Source: Paraspadella gotoi (lineage: Eukaryota; Animalia; Chaetognatha). From it: 64,000 bases of DNA. The notes beneath the pieces were generated by a model. That model was not told the origin of the DNA. It did no database searches and was given only the letters and a program-made list of their open reading frames with translations. A program made the translations under genes and the position numbers. Positions 1 through 13,535 of this stretch are shown here, one piece after another. The first letter of the stretch is position 1. The number at the start of each line of letters is the position of its first letter. The stretch spans positions 290,330 to 354,329 of the forward strand of contig JBJCIZ010000040.1 in the NCBI GenBank assembly GCA_051294375.1. The letters run 5' to 3'.

Positions 1-65
1 CTTTCTATCTCTCTCTTATCAATTGATTGATTGATTGATTGATTTAGTTAAATGATTGATTGATA

Positions 66-240
66 TTTTTAGTCGGATCTGCTTATCAAGCAGATCCGAC
101 TCTATAACTCACTTTGTCGGTCCGTCGGTCCGCCCCCTCAATATTGTCGGGCACACACTTATATCATGTCAGAACATCGAATTACGATAAGACGCGATGT
201 ACAGTCTCGTAGAATAAACTATGCAGTTTAAAAAAAAAAT
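66..240 (+). mobile_element. DINE-1/Helentron-associated (HINE)-like repeat, 5' fragment
   Basis: T-run then hairpin GTCGGATCTGC-ttatcaa-GCAGATCCGAC and conserved core; same family as the complete copy at 43550-44341. Confidence 0.65.
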
Positions 241-3200
241 TTCAATTATTGAATTTTTCATTTTTTATTGGTTTCTCATCCTAGTCACGGTTCCTTTGTA
301 TAAAATTAGAAATCTTTAAAGTCAATGGAGTAAATGAAATAGCCAATAGAATTCAACGGAAATACGAGATTGTTGGCAACCGGTTGCTGTGATGCACCAA
401 ATTGGATGGGCAATCAAATTTCTTCGGGCTAGATAGTGACGAGTCACTGGCGTTCTAGGACTTTTGAAGAGAGGAAGTCATGTAGATATGAACTAGCCTG
501 ATAGTGGTCCCGACCAATGATTGCATACGAGGGACGTAGGGCGTGAATAACGAAACCCCGGGAAATTTCAATCACTGGTTTCCCCAAGTAGTTTTGAATT
601 TACATAGTGGAGAGAAAGATATGCTGCGAGTCTTGGCCATAAGTTTGTCGTAGAAGGGGCATTTGCGTTTGTCGAGCGTACCCATAAGCGCAGATAGCGT
701 TTCTATGCTCCTGAATAGTTCTGTTGATTAATTGTGCTGCTCACCTTTGGAAACACGTATGCCTTGTGCATTGATGGGGCATTCCTGTTCTTTGTCGACC
801 TCATGACCTAGTACTGGTTAAACTTAAAAAAACGTACTACCTTGCCAAACGCAGAAGGAAAATTGTCATATTAAGGACTCCGTCATGAAACTAGCCAATG
901 ATGTAGTATAGTTACTCTGATGCAATGGTTTGGTGAGCGATGAAGTAGGAGTGATGGCAGTAAATGAATATATCGCCACAAATTGTTACTTGAATTTTCT
1001 ATTGTGGACAATAGCATCTTAAAAACATATAGTAGAATTTTTGTTTAGCTGGTCGTTTAGATAGCTAAACTTTAACAGTTTCTTCTCATGTTACTTTGTT
1101 AACTCTTTTATTCCCTATTATAAAGGACTGGCTATATTACTTACTGTTTGAGATAAATCAAATCTGAGTGAATAATTATGTTCCGTGATAAAACGAAAAC
1201 TTTTCATGGCTGATTTCAAATTGTTCAACGGATAATATTAACTAGTGGACATAAGTTTAAATTTAGAAAAATCCAAATAGATCATTTTTAGGTTTATGTA
1301 ATTAATTGATTTTTCGATAAATGGGTCGTCTTGCTTGTTGGCGTTGTGTCAGGTCCTTGATGTGAGGACAAGTTATTATATGTTTTTTTACAGTCTTTTT
1401 ATGCAAAAAGACAGAATTTACCTCATTTTTTTTTATTCTGAGTGGCTCATAAAGTTCTCTTAATTACATATGTAATCTCTTCTCCTGCATCAAGTATTAT
1501 TTGTCAATGAAAAGTTTTCCTCTTAGCTTCTCTTTGTTTCCGAAACATTTCTTTCTTCCTGCAACAAGTTGTTTTCTGTTCTTTTTTCTCGTATATTTTA
1601 TTTTTTCGTGCCAGCAGTCGCTTATAATACTTGCGTCCGTCGGTCCATATTTGAATTCACTATTCATGTCAGAAGCATGAATTATATAAATTAACAATAA
1701 AAGTACAAAACGAGTTAGTGTCCTGACACTAACATAAAAAAAAAATACTCGTGTTGATGGTTGAAAATTTGATGGAATTTGTGTGTGGGTACGGGAAGTG
1801 TGTCTTGACCTGATAGAGTTCTCTGTGATCGTCCGAGTCGAATAATTTATTTTACCTTGAAGAATAAATTCAGAATGCAGTTGAAAAAAACAAAAAATAA
1901 TAAGCTATTTGAGACACAATTTACATAGTGATGAAGCTTGACCTATTTATGTCATTGGGGAGTGTATTAACTGGAAGCCAATCTTGGGTCATCGAGTAAA
2001 TCAAAAACCTGGTGATATACAAATGCATAAAAAAGCAAAATACAAAATTAAGCTAGATCAAACGCTTCTAAATTGTAATTTCCAATCGGTTTCGCGATCG
2101 AAACTTTCTTTTGTATGTTTTCAGTGACTGGATTCTAATTTATTCAAATGTTGTAATAAATTAATTAAGAAAAATCCTAAAAGGTTGTTTTTAAAAAAAA
2201 CTTTAGGAAATATAAGCTTTTAAACTAAATGATCGTTTTATGAAATCTTAATGTTTTCATTTTGGTCAGCAAGTAATAATTTTCCAAATTATTATATAAA
2301 AGCAGTATTTCTTAAGCCTATTTCTGCCTAATTTGTTTGTAAATTAATGATTACAACTGATATTTTCTACAGCAAAAAGGTGATTTGTCTTAGACTGATA
2401 TGTAAGTCAGCTGACAAAAGATTAGATATTACTTTCGTCTCGTCTTTTATCGCATATTGGGTTGAAATCATCTTTCACGTATTCTTCAACAATTTTTTGT
2501 CTGTTTTGATTATGAATAACAAGTCAAGTTTATAATAGTGAGTTATATTTAAATCAAGGATTATTAAAATGTAATTCATCGGCTTTACTCATATGTCAAT
2601 GTTTACTTATTTCGAGTTCATCAGCAAACTAAATAAAATTTGATGATGCTTTCATGAGCTTTGTTGAACTCTAAACTCAACTAACTAGTGATTTAATAAA
2701 AATGTGAGTAATATATTGGATATAATATTAACAAATGGCTAAAACGTTCCATGAACTTGGGCTAATTTTGTATACACGACCCACTGCTTCCTCCCAAAGA
2801 TATATATGAACATTAACTTATTATTTATCTTTGCGATTAATGCGTCGAAATTTTTTTTAAGACTCGAACTTTACTTATACTAATAATATTCATAGTTGGA
2901 TTTTGTTTAAACTATTCTTTTGTACATGCAAATTTTTTGTCTCAAGCTGTCCTCCTCTTTCCTCATACATATGAATTTCACTCTTCAAACGATTCCTCAC
3001 TAATGCATCTGATTCTTAACCATTGTGAAAACATTTTGCCTCTCTCTCTTCTACTACTCTCTTTCAGTTAATTCCTTCTTTACAGGATTTGTAAATAGTC
3101 ATAAGCTATAGACGCGAAATGGTGCAGATCATCCGTATTCATAAATAAAAGGAAGTTATGAAATTATATATTTAAACTTGTAAAAATACTTATACTATAA

Positions 3201-4669
3201 TATATTAAATTACATCATGAATTATTAATTAAGAAATTTATGTTTACTTTCAGCTGGAACTAAATATTAAAGAAAAATTCAAAGTTTAAATTTTTTTCAT
3301 TAATTGAAATTTGTAATGATCATCGAGATTTAAATGTTACTTTATTGCGTTAACCCTGATGAAACATCTCTCAACCTCAAACATCTGACTTGAGGCGCGA
3401 TCAGAAAAAATCGGCACGATATATGTTTCGAGAAGCCTGATATTAGGAGGTAATTTATAAATATTTATGCTTGCAACACTTTGGCAGTGGCGCCGATGGT
3501 TATATCATTTTTCAATTTAATATTGAACAAGAACATCTAACTCATAACTTCATTCATAATAGAAGAAAAATGATTAAAATAACATTATTTGCGTGAAGAT
3601 GTCCACTGACAAAATGTCACGGTTCGTGGACACCTCAAACGAAAGTGTTCATAGTTGAACGGTCGTAACTGCAGATATCATTTTTTTAAATTACTTTTTC
3701 AGGGACCACTTTGGGTTAATTTGTATTCGTTTTTTTCTAAACTTTAGATTTTATTGCCCTATTTCGGCGAATATAAGTATAAAATTTAAACTGTCATAGG
3801 CACGAACATACTTGAAATAAATGCCACCCGAATTTTGTGTAAACCTCTCAAAGTGGACTGATTACCACGTACCACCTAAGGGACTCGTCATTTCCTTTGC
3901 ACCGCATGCAATGTGTAATAATGATATGTAGACAAATACGGAATACCTTGCTAAGTCCATTACTGCGTGAATGTTATGTATAAAAATTAATGCAAAATCT
4001 TTTAATGCTCTCAAGATACAGTTAAATACATAAATGCATCAGAATTCAAACTAAAAAGAAGATGGTTTCTTCTATAATGGGAACAACAGTAGCTCTTAAA
4101 AACATGCAGTCAGAATCTCCTTGGTTTAAGCTGTCGTTTGATATCAAAACTTTAAACATTTTGTCTGTCCATCTGTCGTCTGTCCGTCTTTTCCCATACC
4201 TTTAAAGTCTTATACTTAGTTTGGATAAATCAATTGAGTTGAAATTTTGTCCGTGATTAAAAAACGGTTCATGAGCTGGAATTCAAATTTCAACGGAATC
4301 AGGTAGTGGAAGTAAGTTTAATTAGAAAAAGTAAAGATCAATTTTATTTATTAATTTAATTTGTATTTTATCGTCGCACATAATGGCGTCGTCAATCGTC
4401 GTTGTTGTCGAGGTCTGAAATTGGTGGGACGTTATTAATATGTTTTGTTTAGTTTAATCAAAATCAAATTTCCTCATTTTATTTTTATCTCTCTCTCTCC
4501 TATTCTCTTTAATTACAATAGCTATCTCTCTCTCTCTGCTGATCAGTTATTGTCAATGAAAAAGTTTTCTCCTGTGCTACTGCTGATTCGTCCGAAACGA
4601 TTTGGCCTCTCTCTTTCTCTCTCTCGCAACATCAGGTTTTTATTTCGTTCTTTTTCTCGTCACTCTTTT

Positions 4670-5730
4670 TATTTTTCGTCGGATCTGCTTCAGCAGATCC
4701 CGACTTTATAATTACTTTGTCGTCCGTCGTCGCCCACTCAATCTGCGGCACACTATATCATGTCAGAACACTAATTATATAAATTATCAAAAAAAAACGA
4801 TGTCGTCCGTCCGTCCCACCTTAACAAAAATACAAATTACTCGTGATTGGATGGGTGGATTGGAATGATATTTTGTGTGTGGTAGGGAAGATGTGTGCTG
4901 AGCTGGATATGAAGTTTTATGGAATCGTCCGAGTGGAAATGAGTTTTAAGAAAAAACAAAAAATATATTCACTATTTGAACACCAATTCTCATGAGTGGA
5001 TGGGAGCTTACCTAAATTTGTATTGGGTAGGAAAGTTTGAATTAAACTGGAAATCAAGTTTCGATGGAATCGTTGAGTGAAATGAGTTTAAATGGAAAAA
5101 ACAAAGAACCTGTTTTACTAATTGATTATGCTTTTTTCTTTTTATTTTAAATGTAAATTCAAGATGAATTAATTAATAAAATTATTAATCAGTTAATTAA
5201 TCAATTAGTCAATTAATTTATCAATTATTAATTAATCAGTCAATCAATCAAAACAACATTTTGGATCAAATAATTAATTTCCTAATTAATTAAATAATTA
5301 ACTTGAATAAATTATTATTAATTAATTAAATAATTAATTAACTTGAATTAATTATTAATTATTTATTAATTAATTAATTAATTACCGATAATAACCATGG
5401 CAAATCCGACTTGAAATACAAGATGTATTAATTAATCAAATAATTAAATCAATTAGTCAATTAATTTATCAATAATTAATTAATTAGTCTATTAATAAAT
5501 CAAAACAAACATTTCAAATCAAATTAATTAATTAATTGCCTAATTATTAAATAATTAACTTGAATAAATTAATTATTAAATAATTAAATAATTAATGAAC
5601 TTGAATTGATTATTAATTAATTAATTTGAATTAATTATTAATTAATTAATTTGAATTAATTATTAATTAATTAATTTGAATTAATTAATAATTAATTAAT
5701 TCCAAGGGCAGATCCGACTTGAAATACAAG
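4670..5730 (+). mobile_element. HINE/DINE-1-like repeat, degenerate copy
   Basis: 5' hairpin gtcggatctgc..gcagatcc, GTCC tract, central repeat block, TAAT-rich tract, 3' gcagatccgac. Confidence 0.55.
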
Positions 5731-7839
5731 ATGTATTAATTAATCAAATATATTAATTCAGTTAATTAATTATCAATTAATTAATCAATAATTAATTAAT
5801 CAGTCAATTAATCAATTTATTGTTCAATAAATCAATTTATTTATCTATTAATTAATTATTTAATCAATCAATCAAGTCACATTCAATATCTTTCTTATCT
5901 GATGTCTCCTGGTTACGAAAAAAAAAAATATTTGTGGTAGCCTCGAACGTGCAACCTTCGCATCTTAAACAACAATCAGAATTCTCTCTCTTACTTTTGC
6001 TTTGGCTCTTTTGCTCTCCACTCTTTGCCTCACTCTTTCTCTGTCGCTTTTTTCTTTGTTTCTGCATCAATTTTAGAACTTTTGCTCACTTACTCAGCCT
6101 TGTTTGGTCATAAAACATGTCCAAATTCACCTTTCCATTTCTTTTGTTAATATTGAAAATAATTATCATTTCTATAATTATAGTCTTTGATACATTAAAA
6201 AATAATTCTTTTCAATGTTATAAGGAGGAAAAAAAACTTATTAATTTTTTTTAATATAAAAAACATTACAGTATTATTATTAAAAGTAATGATTCATAAA
6301 AATTAATAGCAAATGATCACAATAACATAAGATAAGAAAAACTGTCCTCCATATCCCCCTTGAATACTTATGGAAAACATAATAGAAAAAAAAAAAAACG
6401 AAAAAATTTAAAAAAAAACTTTTTCAGACCATGTCACGAAGAATTATATATTTGCATAAAAAATAAATAAATCAAAAAAATAAAAACATCAGATTGTGAC
6501 AAAATCGATTGGGAAAAATCTGATTTTTTTCAAAATGCAAAAATTATTTCTCAAGTTCCTTATTATAATTCTCCATGAGACAAATGTTTTTTTCTAAAAT
6601 TTAAATATTCAACTTTTTAATTAATTAAAAATCATTTAGTATACTAAACTTTAAAATATTTTATAAAAAATTTATACCTAAAGTTCTAAGAAGATCTTTT
6701 CCCAAAAATGTCTCTTAGATCTTTCTTAAAACGCCAAACAAGTCACAGCCACAAAATGAATACAAAAACTAGAAAAAAGCAATATTGTTTTGTCATTCTG
6801 ATTTAGAGATATTTGGTTGATTGTTATGCCTTAAATTTCCTTTAAATGAAAAAATAATAGGTTTAAAAAGATAGCTCTTGATTCTAGTAATAAATTGAGT
6901 TTGAATATAACTTTTTTAATGAACAAGTTTAACCCAGATCAATTACAATAACAATGGTAAGATATTTTGTCACCGTTTTAAGCTACTTTTAGCCTGATTT
7001 TTTACATATTTTGATTATCTTTGCGATTCTTATGATTAAAAACAGTCATGGTAAAAAAAGCCTATGTTCTTTCGAATAATAGGGCATATGTTAGTAATCA
7101 GACAGAACAAAAATTTTGGTCACAAGGTAAAAGAATTTTGCATGAGAATAGCGTGAATAAAATTTTCACGAGACTGTGCACCGCGACATAAATTATGCAA
7201 AAAAAAAAACGATGTCCGTCCGTCCGTCTGTCCGTCCGTCCCGTCCGTCCGTCCGTCCGTCCGTCTCCGTCCGTCCCGGTCTTCCACCTTAGCAAAAAAA
7301 CTCCAATTTACTCGTGATTGTATGGATGGATTGGTATGAAATTTTGTGTGTGGGTAGGAAACTGTGTGATTGAGATGGATATGAAGTTTCGAGGGAATCG
7401 TGCGAGTGGAAATTGGTTTAAATGGAAAAAAACAAAAAAATATATATCACTATTTGAACGCCAATTGCTCATGAGTGGATAGGGCAATTGACTTGAAATT
7501 TTGTATGATGGTAGGGAAAGTGTGTGATTGAGCTAGATATAAAGTTTCGATGGAATCGTGCGAGTGGAAATGAGTTAAAATGGAAAAACAAAAGTCATAT
7601 TTACTTGAAGTATTTTTACTTAAATTTACTCATAATTATTATGTTTATTAAAAATTGGATAGATAAATCGAATGGAATTTTGTTGTGTGGGTAGGAAAGT
7701 ATGTGATAAAGCTGGATATAAATTTTTTGATGGAATCGTGGAGTGGAAAAGAGTTCAAATTAGAAAACCAAAAGACACATTTATTTGAATTTTTTAAGTT
7801 TCTCTCTCTCTGATTGATTGATTGATGATTGATTGATTG

Positions 7840-8180
7840 ATTGACCAAATTATGCAATTGACAAAAATATGCCAGTTGACCAAATTCTTAAAGTTGACCA
7901 AATTATGCCAGTTGACCAAATTATGCCTGTTGACCAAATCATGCTAGTTGACCAAATTATGCTAGTTGACCAAATTAGGCCAGTTGATAACATTATGCCA
8001 GTTGACCAAATTATGCCGGTTGACCAAATTATCTTAATTGATCAAATTATGTCAGTTGACCAATTTATGTCAGTGGACCAAATTATGTCAGTAGAGACCA
8101 AATATGTCAGTTAACCAAATTATGTCAGTTGACCAAATTATGCAAGTTGATTAAATTATGCAAGTTGACCAAGTTAGCTT
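7840..8180. repeat. 18-bp minisatellite (gttgaccaaattatgcca)
   Basis: Direct tandem units visible; they explain the MPVDQI-repeat ORF. Confidence 0.9.
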
Positions 8181-8960
8181 ATTACCACTTAATTATCGAT
8201 TGACCTGGAATTTTGTATGTGAGTAGAAAAGTGTGTGATTGAACAGGAAACCAAGTTTCGATGGAATCTTTTGAGTGGAAATGAGTTTAAATGGAAAAAA
8301 ACAAAAAACCTGTTTCACTCATTGATATGATTTTTTTTCCTTTTATATTAAATGTATATGCAGGATGTATTAATAAATCAAAAAATTAATCAGTTTAATT
8401 AATCAATTAGTTAATTAATTAATCAATAATTAATTAATCAGTCAATCAATCCGTCCATCCGTCCCACCTTAGCAAAAAGCTCCAATAACTCGTGATTGGC
8501 TGGTTGGATTGGAAAGAAATTTTTTGTGTGTGGTAGGAAAGTGTGTGATAAAGCTGGATATAAGTTTCGACGGAATCGTGTGAGTTTAAGAGGAAAAAAC
8601 ATAAGTCGCATTTACTAAAATATTTTTAATTATTTTAACCAATAAAGTACTCTAATTAATCATAATTGGATGGATAGATTGAGTTCAAATTTTTTGTGTG
8701 GGTAGAAAAATGTGTAACGATGCTTGATATAAAGTTTCGGTGGAAACGTACGAGTGGAAATGATTTTAAATGAAAAAATATGAGTCACATTTACTTGAAT
8801 CTTTTTACTTATTTTAACCAATAATAGATTTGAGATGAAATTTTGTCAGCGGGTAGGAAAGTGTGTGAAGAAGCTAGATATAAAGTTTTGACGGAATTGT
8901 GCCAGTGGAAATGAGTTTAAATGGAAAAAACATAAGTCACATTTACTTGAATCTTTATTA

Positions 8961-9010
<50 letters not shown>

Positions 9011-9521
9011 AAGAAAGAAAGAGAGAGAGTCCGAAATAAAAATTAGCGAATAAAAAAGTTATTTTACTCACTGAATAAAAATAATTAAAATACTTACAAA
9101 ATACATAAAATTGATAAAATTATTATTCCGATAACATTGTTTAATCACATGCAATATATCTAGTAAGGTGGGCCAAAATTGAACACTTTTTATAACTTCT
9201 AGTCCTCTCAAAAATATTTCTTTTTTCCTTCTACTACTAAATCGATTTTCAATGTAACTTTTTGATTTAGTTCATTGGGTTGTTGCACTGAAGCTTTTAA
9301 ATATTTATTAATATATAATAATTATATAAAGTTTTGATGGAATTATGCAGTGGAAATGAGTTTAGATGGAAAAAACATAAGTCACATTTACTTGAATCTT
9401 TAATATTAATGATTACTAATAAATGTTTTAATTAATTAATTAGTTAATAATTAATTAAAAAAATGTGAAAATGATGCAAGTTAAAAAAATCTTAAAAGCA
9501 TAAAGATCGTCGCAATTGCAT

Positions 9522-9568
<47 letters not shown>

Positions 9569-10645
9569 GAGAGACATAAAATAAAATAAAGGATATTTGT
9601 TTGTTTTTGATAAAATGTAAACAAAACATATTTAATAACTGTCCTAACCCAATTTTAAGGACATCGATGATAAAAGTTGAATATAAATTTAAAATTAATT
9701 ATTACATATTAAAATTAATTAATTAATTAATTAATCGATTAATTAATTAATTTAGTTTAANNNNNNNNNNNNNNNNNNNNNNNNNTAATTAATTAATTAA
9801 TTAATTAATTAATTAATTAATTATCATAGGCTGATCCGACATTGTTTGCTCAAACTTGTTTTTTAAGAAATCTGTTATGATTTATAATATTAGGATCTAA
9901 TTATGATTTTTTTTTCTCATTCTTTATTTATTTATGAATTTTCGTGTCACATTTATCGGACATCATTGTACAATCTAGGCAAAATGTATATCTCATAAAA
10001 AGTTCATTTATTAAATAAAAAATATACAAAATATGGGTAAAACATGCTCACTTTGCTCAGTATATGGTGTGCCCTCCCTCGGCATAGACTCCTACCTACA
10101 TTCAAGCTTCTTGCTCCACCAGAGCGAGGAGACCTGTCAAATGATATTGATTTGTTGTATCGCAGTAAAAATTGTGTTACGGTGGAACGACTGAGTCCAA
10201 GTCTATTAATAATGAGAGCTACAATGACACCAGAGAGAGGTGCGGTGCCTTTGGCCTGGTGGATTTTCCAAAGATTTTGGTTAATATTTTCTATATTCAT
10301 GGTCGGATTTATTAGAAACTTGATAGCAATATTGCCATCATTCTACATTGGCTGGTATAAGAATATATTAAAAAGACATCTGGCTTTTTTCGTCAGAGTT
10401 TAGTCCTACTTATATAATTCGATGTTCTGACAATATTAATGGAGCGGACCAACAAAGTGAATTATAGAGTCGGGATCTGCTAATAAGCAGATCCAACTAA
10501 AAATTGGATAAATAAATTGAAATTAAATTTGGTGTGTAGGCAAGATATTAATTTTTGATGGAATGGTAGGAGTGAAAAAGAGTTTAAAATAGAAAACCAA
10601 AAAACACATTTGTTTGAATTTTTTAAAGTTTCTCTCTCTCTCATA

Positions 10646-10701
<56 letters not shown>

Positions 10702-10734
10702 TATTAATTTATTGATTTATTGATTTATTGATTG

Positions 10735-11200
10735 ATTGGCTAAATTATGCCAGTTGACAAAATTATTCAAGCGACCAAATTTTGAAAGTTGACAAAATTA
10801 AGCCGGTTGACCAAATTAAGCCAGTTGACCAAAATATGCCAGTTGACCAAATTTTGCTAGCTGACCAAATATGTCAGTTGATCAAATAAGTCACTTGACA
10901 AAATTAAGCCAGTTGACCAAATTTAGTCAGTTGACCAACTTACATCCATTGACCAAATTATGCCAGTTGATCAAATTAAACCAGTTGACCACATTTTGCA
11001 AGTTGACCAAATTATGCAAGTTAAAAAAATTATGTCAGTTGACCATATTATGCCAGTTAACCATATTATGCCAGTTGACCAAATAATGCAAGTTGATTAA
11101 TTTATGTAAGTCGATCCAATTATGCAAAATTACCAAATTATGAAACTTCACCAAATTATGCCAGTTGACCAAATTATTTCTGTTGACCAAATTATGCACA
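10735..11200. repeat. 18-bp minisatellite, second array
   Basis: Same gttgaccaaattatgcca unit, preceded by an (attg)n microsatellite. Confidence 0.9.
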
Positions 11201-11431
11201 TCTACTGGTAATAATTGATAGATCATTTGATTTATTGATTTTTTCATTGATTTATTAAGTAGTCTGTTATGATTTGTTATGCTATTATTTGTTATGATCT
11301 GTTAAGAAATTGAAAGTCAGAAAAAAATTACTGTGATTTATCATCGGATTAGTTTATTATTGCCTAATTATTGTAGGCTGATCCAATAGATATCCTCTAC
11401 TAAAAATGTGATATAATGATATATATTATAT

Positions 11432-11670
11432 TATGGTGGACTAAAATCCACCAACCGTTCATCAGCGGCCATTGGTGCCGAAGGCAAGTCATTCGCCTTC
11501 CAACCCAAAGGTCCGGGATTTTTTTCTAGCCCGGTGGTCGCCTAGCAGTTAAGAGGGACGGGGCGCTTAACCCGCCTGTAACATGGTGTTACAGCCTGAT
11601 CCGAAGCTCAGGGACTGCTTATATTAAACGGTTCTTTCACTAACTCATTACAATAATTACTGTTTCTTCA
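11432..11670 (+). mobile_element. Solo LTR, twister-LTR family 1
   Basis: TATGGTGG...TTCA flanked by 4-bp direct repeat ATAT (11428-11431, 11671-11674); the near-identical copy at 41130-41363 is followed by a PBS. Confidence 0.75.
11544..11619 (+). ncRNA. Twister ribozyme, type P5 permutation (family 1)
   Basis: P5 AGCAGU/ACUGCU; AAGAGG-GA-CGG; mini-P1 GGCGCU; UAA-CCC-GCC; P3 UGUAACA/UGUUACA; P4 CCUGA-UCCG-AAGC-UCAGG; T1 CGG/CCG. Predicted cut U11568/A11569. Confidence 0.8.
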
Positions 11671-11955
11671 ATATATATAATGATCGATTATTATCGTATC
11701 TTATATTATTGCCTCAATCATTATCATTGCATGGATAAATTCTCAGGTAACATTGCTTTAATAATTGTGAATCAACAATCACAAAGTGAAGATTGGGAAG
11801 TGATGATCGTAAAGTAATTATAGGCAAGAGATGATCGGGAAAAAACGATCTTGAATTGGCATTTTGTTTCATAAATTTAGAGAAAAAACTCAACTTCAGC
11901 CTGTTCTCTCATCTGACCACTATTCTGTCTCACCACTTTGTTGGAAAACCTTTAC

Positions 11956-11994
<39 letters not shown>

Positions 11995-12609
11995 CCTTCT
12001 TTTTGCACAAATATTTTCCTTATGGCAAACGCTGATGAAGGCTCGAAATGTGAGCCGAAACATGTCCGTATCTCTAATTACATTCGTTGTAACACAATTA
12101 AAAACTGTGTTTTTTCTCTAAATCATAACAACAACGAAAACGAAAGGTTTATCGCATCATGTTTCATAAATTTAAAAATAATTTTGTTGGCAAGATCACT
12201 ATACTAGGAATTTTTTGTTATGATTTATCGTAATATGTGATGATCACAAATTAAAAGACTCATCATAACTTATCCTCTGGTTAGCTGCTTATTGCTAAAT
12301 TAAAGTAGTCTGATTCGACATTGTTTGCTCAAACTTGTTTTCTTTTTATCAAATTTTTATGAGAAATTAGTATTTAAATTTAGATTTTAATTGAAGTAAA
12401 AGTATTCTGTTTCATTAATTTCAAAGAGTTTGTTCTTTTGCTTTTTTAAAAAGAAATTCACAAAATATTTCAAATTTAACTAATCTGTTAAATTTGTAGT
12501 CGGGCATTGCCTAGGTTCACCCCGCCTAATAAGCATGACACCTTCAGTCCTGACCACCAGCTCATGACCACTAGGTACCGGGTTCAATCCCAACCCGGTA
12601 CCTACCCTG

Positions 12610-12686
12610 TGGGAAGCGTGAGGACGGCCGTAAGCCGCCTTGGGGGCGTGGCAACTCCTCAAGCCTGGTTCCAAGCCCAGGACCCG
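12610..12686 (+). ncRNA. Twister ribozyme, type P5 (family 2, 5' LTR)
   Basis: AAGCGU-GA-GGA-CGGCCG-UAA-GCC-GCC, P3 UUGGGGG../..CUCCUCAA, G-CCUGG-UUCC-AAGC-CCAGG; T1 GGA/UCC. Predicted cut U12631/A12632. Confidence 0.8.
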
Positions 12687-12943
12687 TTCCATGGCTACTA
12701 AAGGGGGTTATAGAAGTTACGGATAGTCATCTTCAGCCCACTTAGCGCCTTATCCACACTGGTGAGGCCCATCCTGTCGAGGGTATTCCAACCTTCTGAT
12801 TCCAGGCCCATGGACGTGCTGAAGATTGCTCCCCTCCCTCCACTGGAAGCAGTGCAGGGTGGGTTACAATCTGGGGGGCATGTAGTCGGGCATTGCCTAG
12901 GTTCACCCCGCCTATAAGCATGACACCTTCAGTCCTGACCCGG

Positions 12944-12998
12944 TGGCTCATTGAGTAAAGCCATCAGCTCATGACAACTAGGTACCAGGTTCAATCCC
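12944..12998 (+). promoter_or_regulatory. tRNA-like Pol III internal promoter (A and B boxes) in family 2 3' LTR
   Basis: A box TGGCTCATTGAG at 12944; B box GGTTCAATCCC at 12988 with tRNA-like spacing. The A box is deleted (about 22 nt) from the 5' LTR. Confidence 0.7.
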
Positions 12999-13016
12999 AA
13001 CCCGGTACCTACCCTG

Positions 13017-13093
13017 TGGGAAGCGTGAGGACGGCCGTAAGCCGCCTTGGGGGCGTGGCAACCCCTCAAGCCTGGTTCCAAGCCCAGGACCCG
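13017..13093 (+). ncRNA. Twister ribozyme, type P5 (family 2, 3' LTR)
   Basis: Same motif as 12610-12686; predicted cut U13038/A13039. Confidence 0.8.
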
Positions 13094-13219
13094 TTCCATG
13101 GCTACTAAAGGGGGTTATAGAAGTTACGGATAGTCATCTTCAGCCCACTTAGCGCCTTATCCACAAATTTACACTTTTTTTAAAATTTTAATTGCTGAAA
13201 AAACTGTTTTCTTTTTCAG

Positions 13220-13535
13220 GAGATTGAAATACTGGGAATCATCTGGAATTAACTATTTTTGGCCAAAAATTTTATTTTTTAAATTTAAAAAGCCACAAGT
13301 TATTACTTCCTTTGTTATTGAAACTGTTGAAGGAAAAGCACCACGTCAAAAATTACATTATTATTTTTGGGGATCAAATAAATCAAATTGTATGGATCTT
13401 GATGCTCCTTCTCTGTATTATGCTACGTTTACAGAAAAATTAGCATCATTTAAAAATGACAAGTCTTTTTATTGCTATGGTTTCCGATTTGAAAAGTCCC
13501 CTGAAAAAACTGCTGCAATTCGATATCCAATAAAG
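13220..13535 (+). CDS. Host gene internal exon, discoidin/F5-8 type C-like domain
   Basis: Polypyrimidine-CAG acceptor, AAG|GTAAAA donor, open frame (W..L.FKFKKPQVITSF...FWGSN...FYCYGF); phase 0 matches the next exon. The domain call is by motif resemblance only. Confidence 0.7.

Larger units (their letters stand above)
12495..13165 (+). mobile_element. TRIM-like LTR retrozyme, family 2 (complete)
   Basis: LTRs 12495-12758 and 12881-13165 (TGT..ACA); PBS TGGTGAGGCCC at 12760; PPT GGGGGG just before 12881; 122-bp non-coding internal region; TSD AATT (12491-12494, 13166-13169). Confidence 0.9.

Noticed and set aside
300-960. Higher-GC stretch with short open frames on the minus strand
   Set aside because: Broken by stops, with no recognisable motif.
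7869-8114. ORF with MPVDQI repeats
   Set aside because: It is the translation of an 18-bp minisatellite.
10044-10403. 119-aa ORF as a possible upstream exon of the host gene
   Set aside because: No convincing donor site or recognisable domain.
11440-11500. Minus-strand CTGATGA (hammerhead core) and GGCGAATG (HDV-like J4/2)
   Set aside because: No GAAA/stem II and no HDV nested pseudoknot could be built; the plus-strand tRNA-like module explains the region.
12497-12505. Family 2 LTR start TAGTCGGGC complementary to part of the Gypsy PBS (self-priming idea)
   Set aside because: Only 9 nt, and it does not match family 2's own PBS; likely chance.
12495-13165. Interpretation as tandem tRNA-SINEs or a functional tRNA gene
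   Set aside because: TG..CA ends, PBS, PPT and 4-bp TSD fit an LTR element, and the cloverleaf is incomplete.
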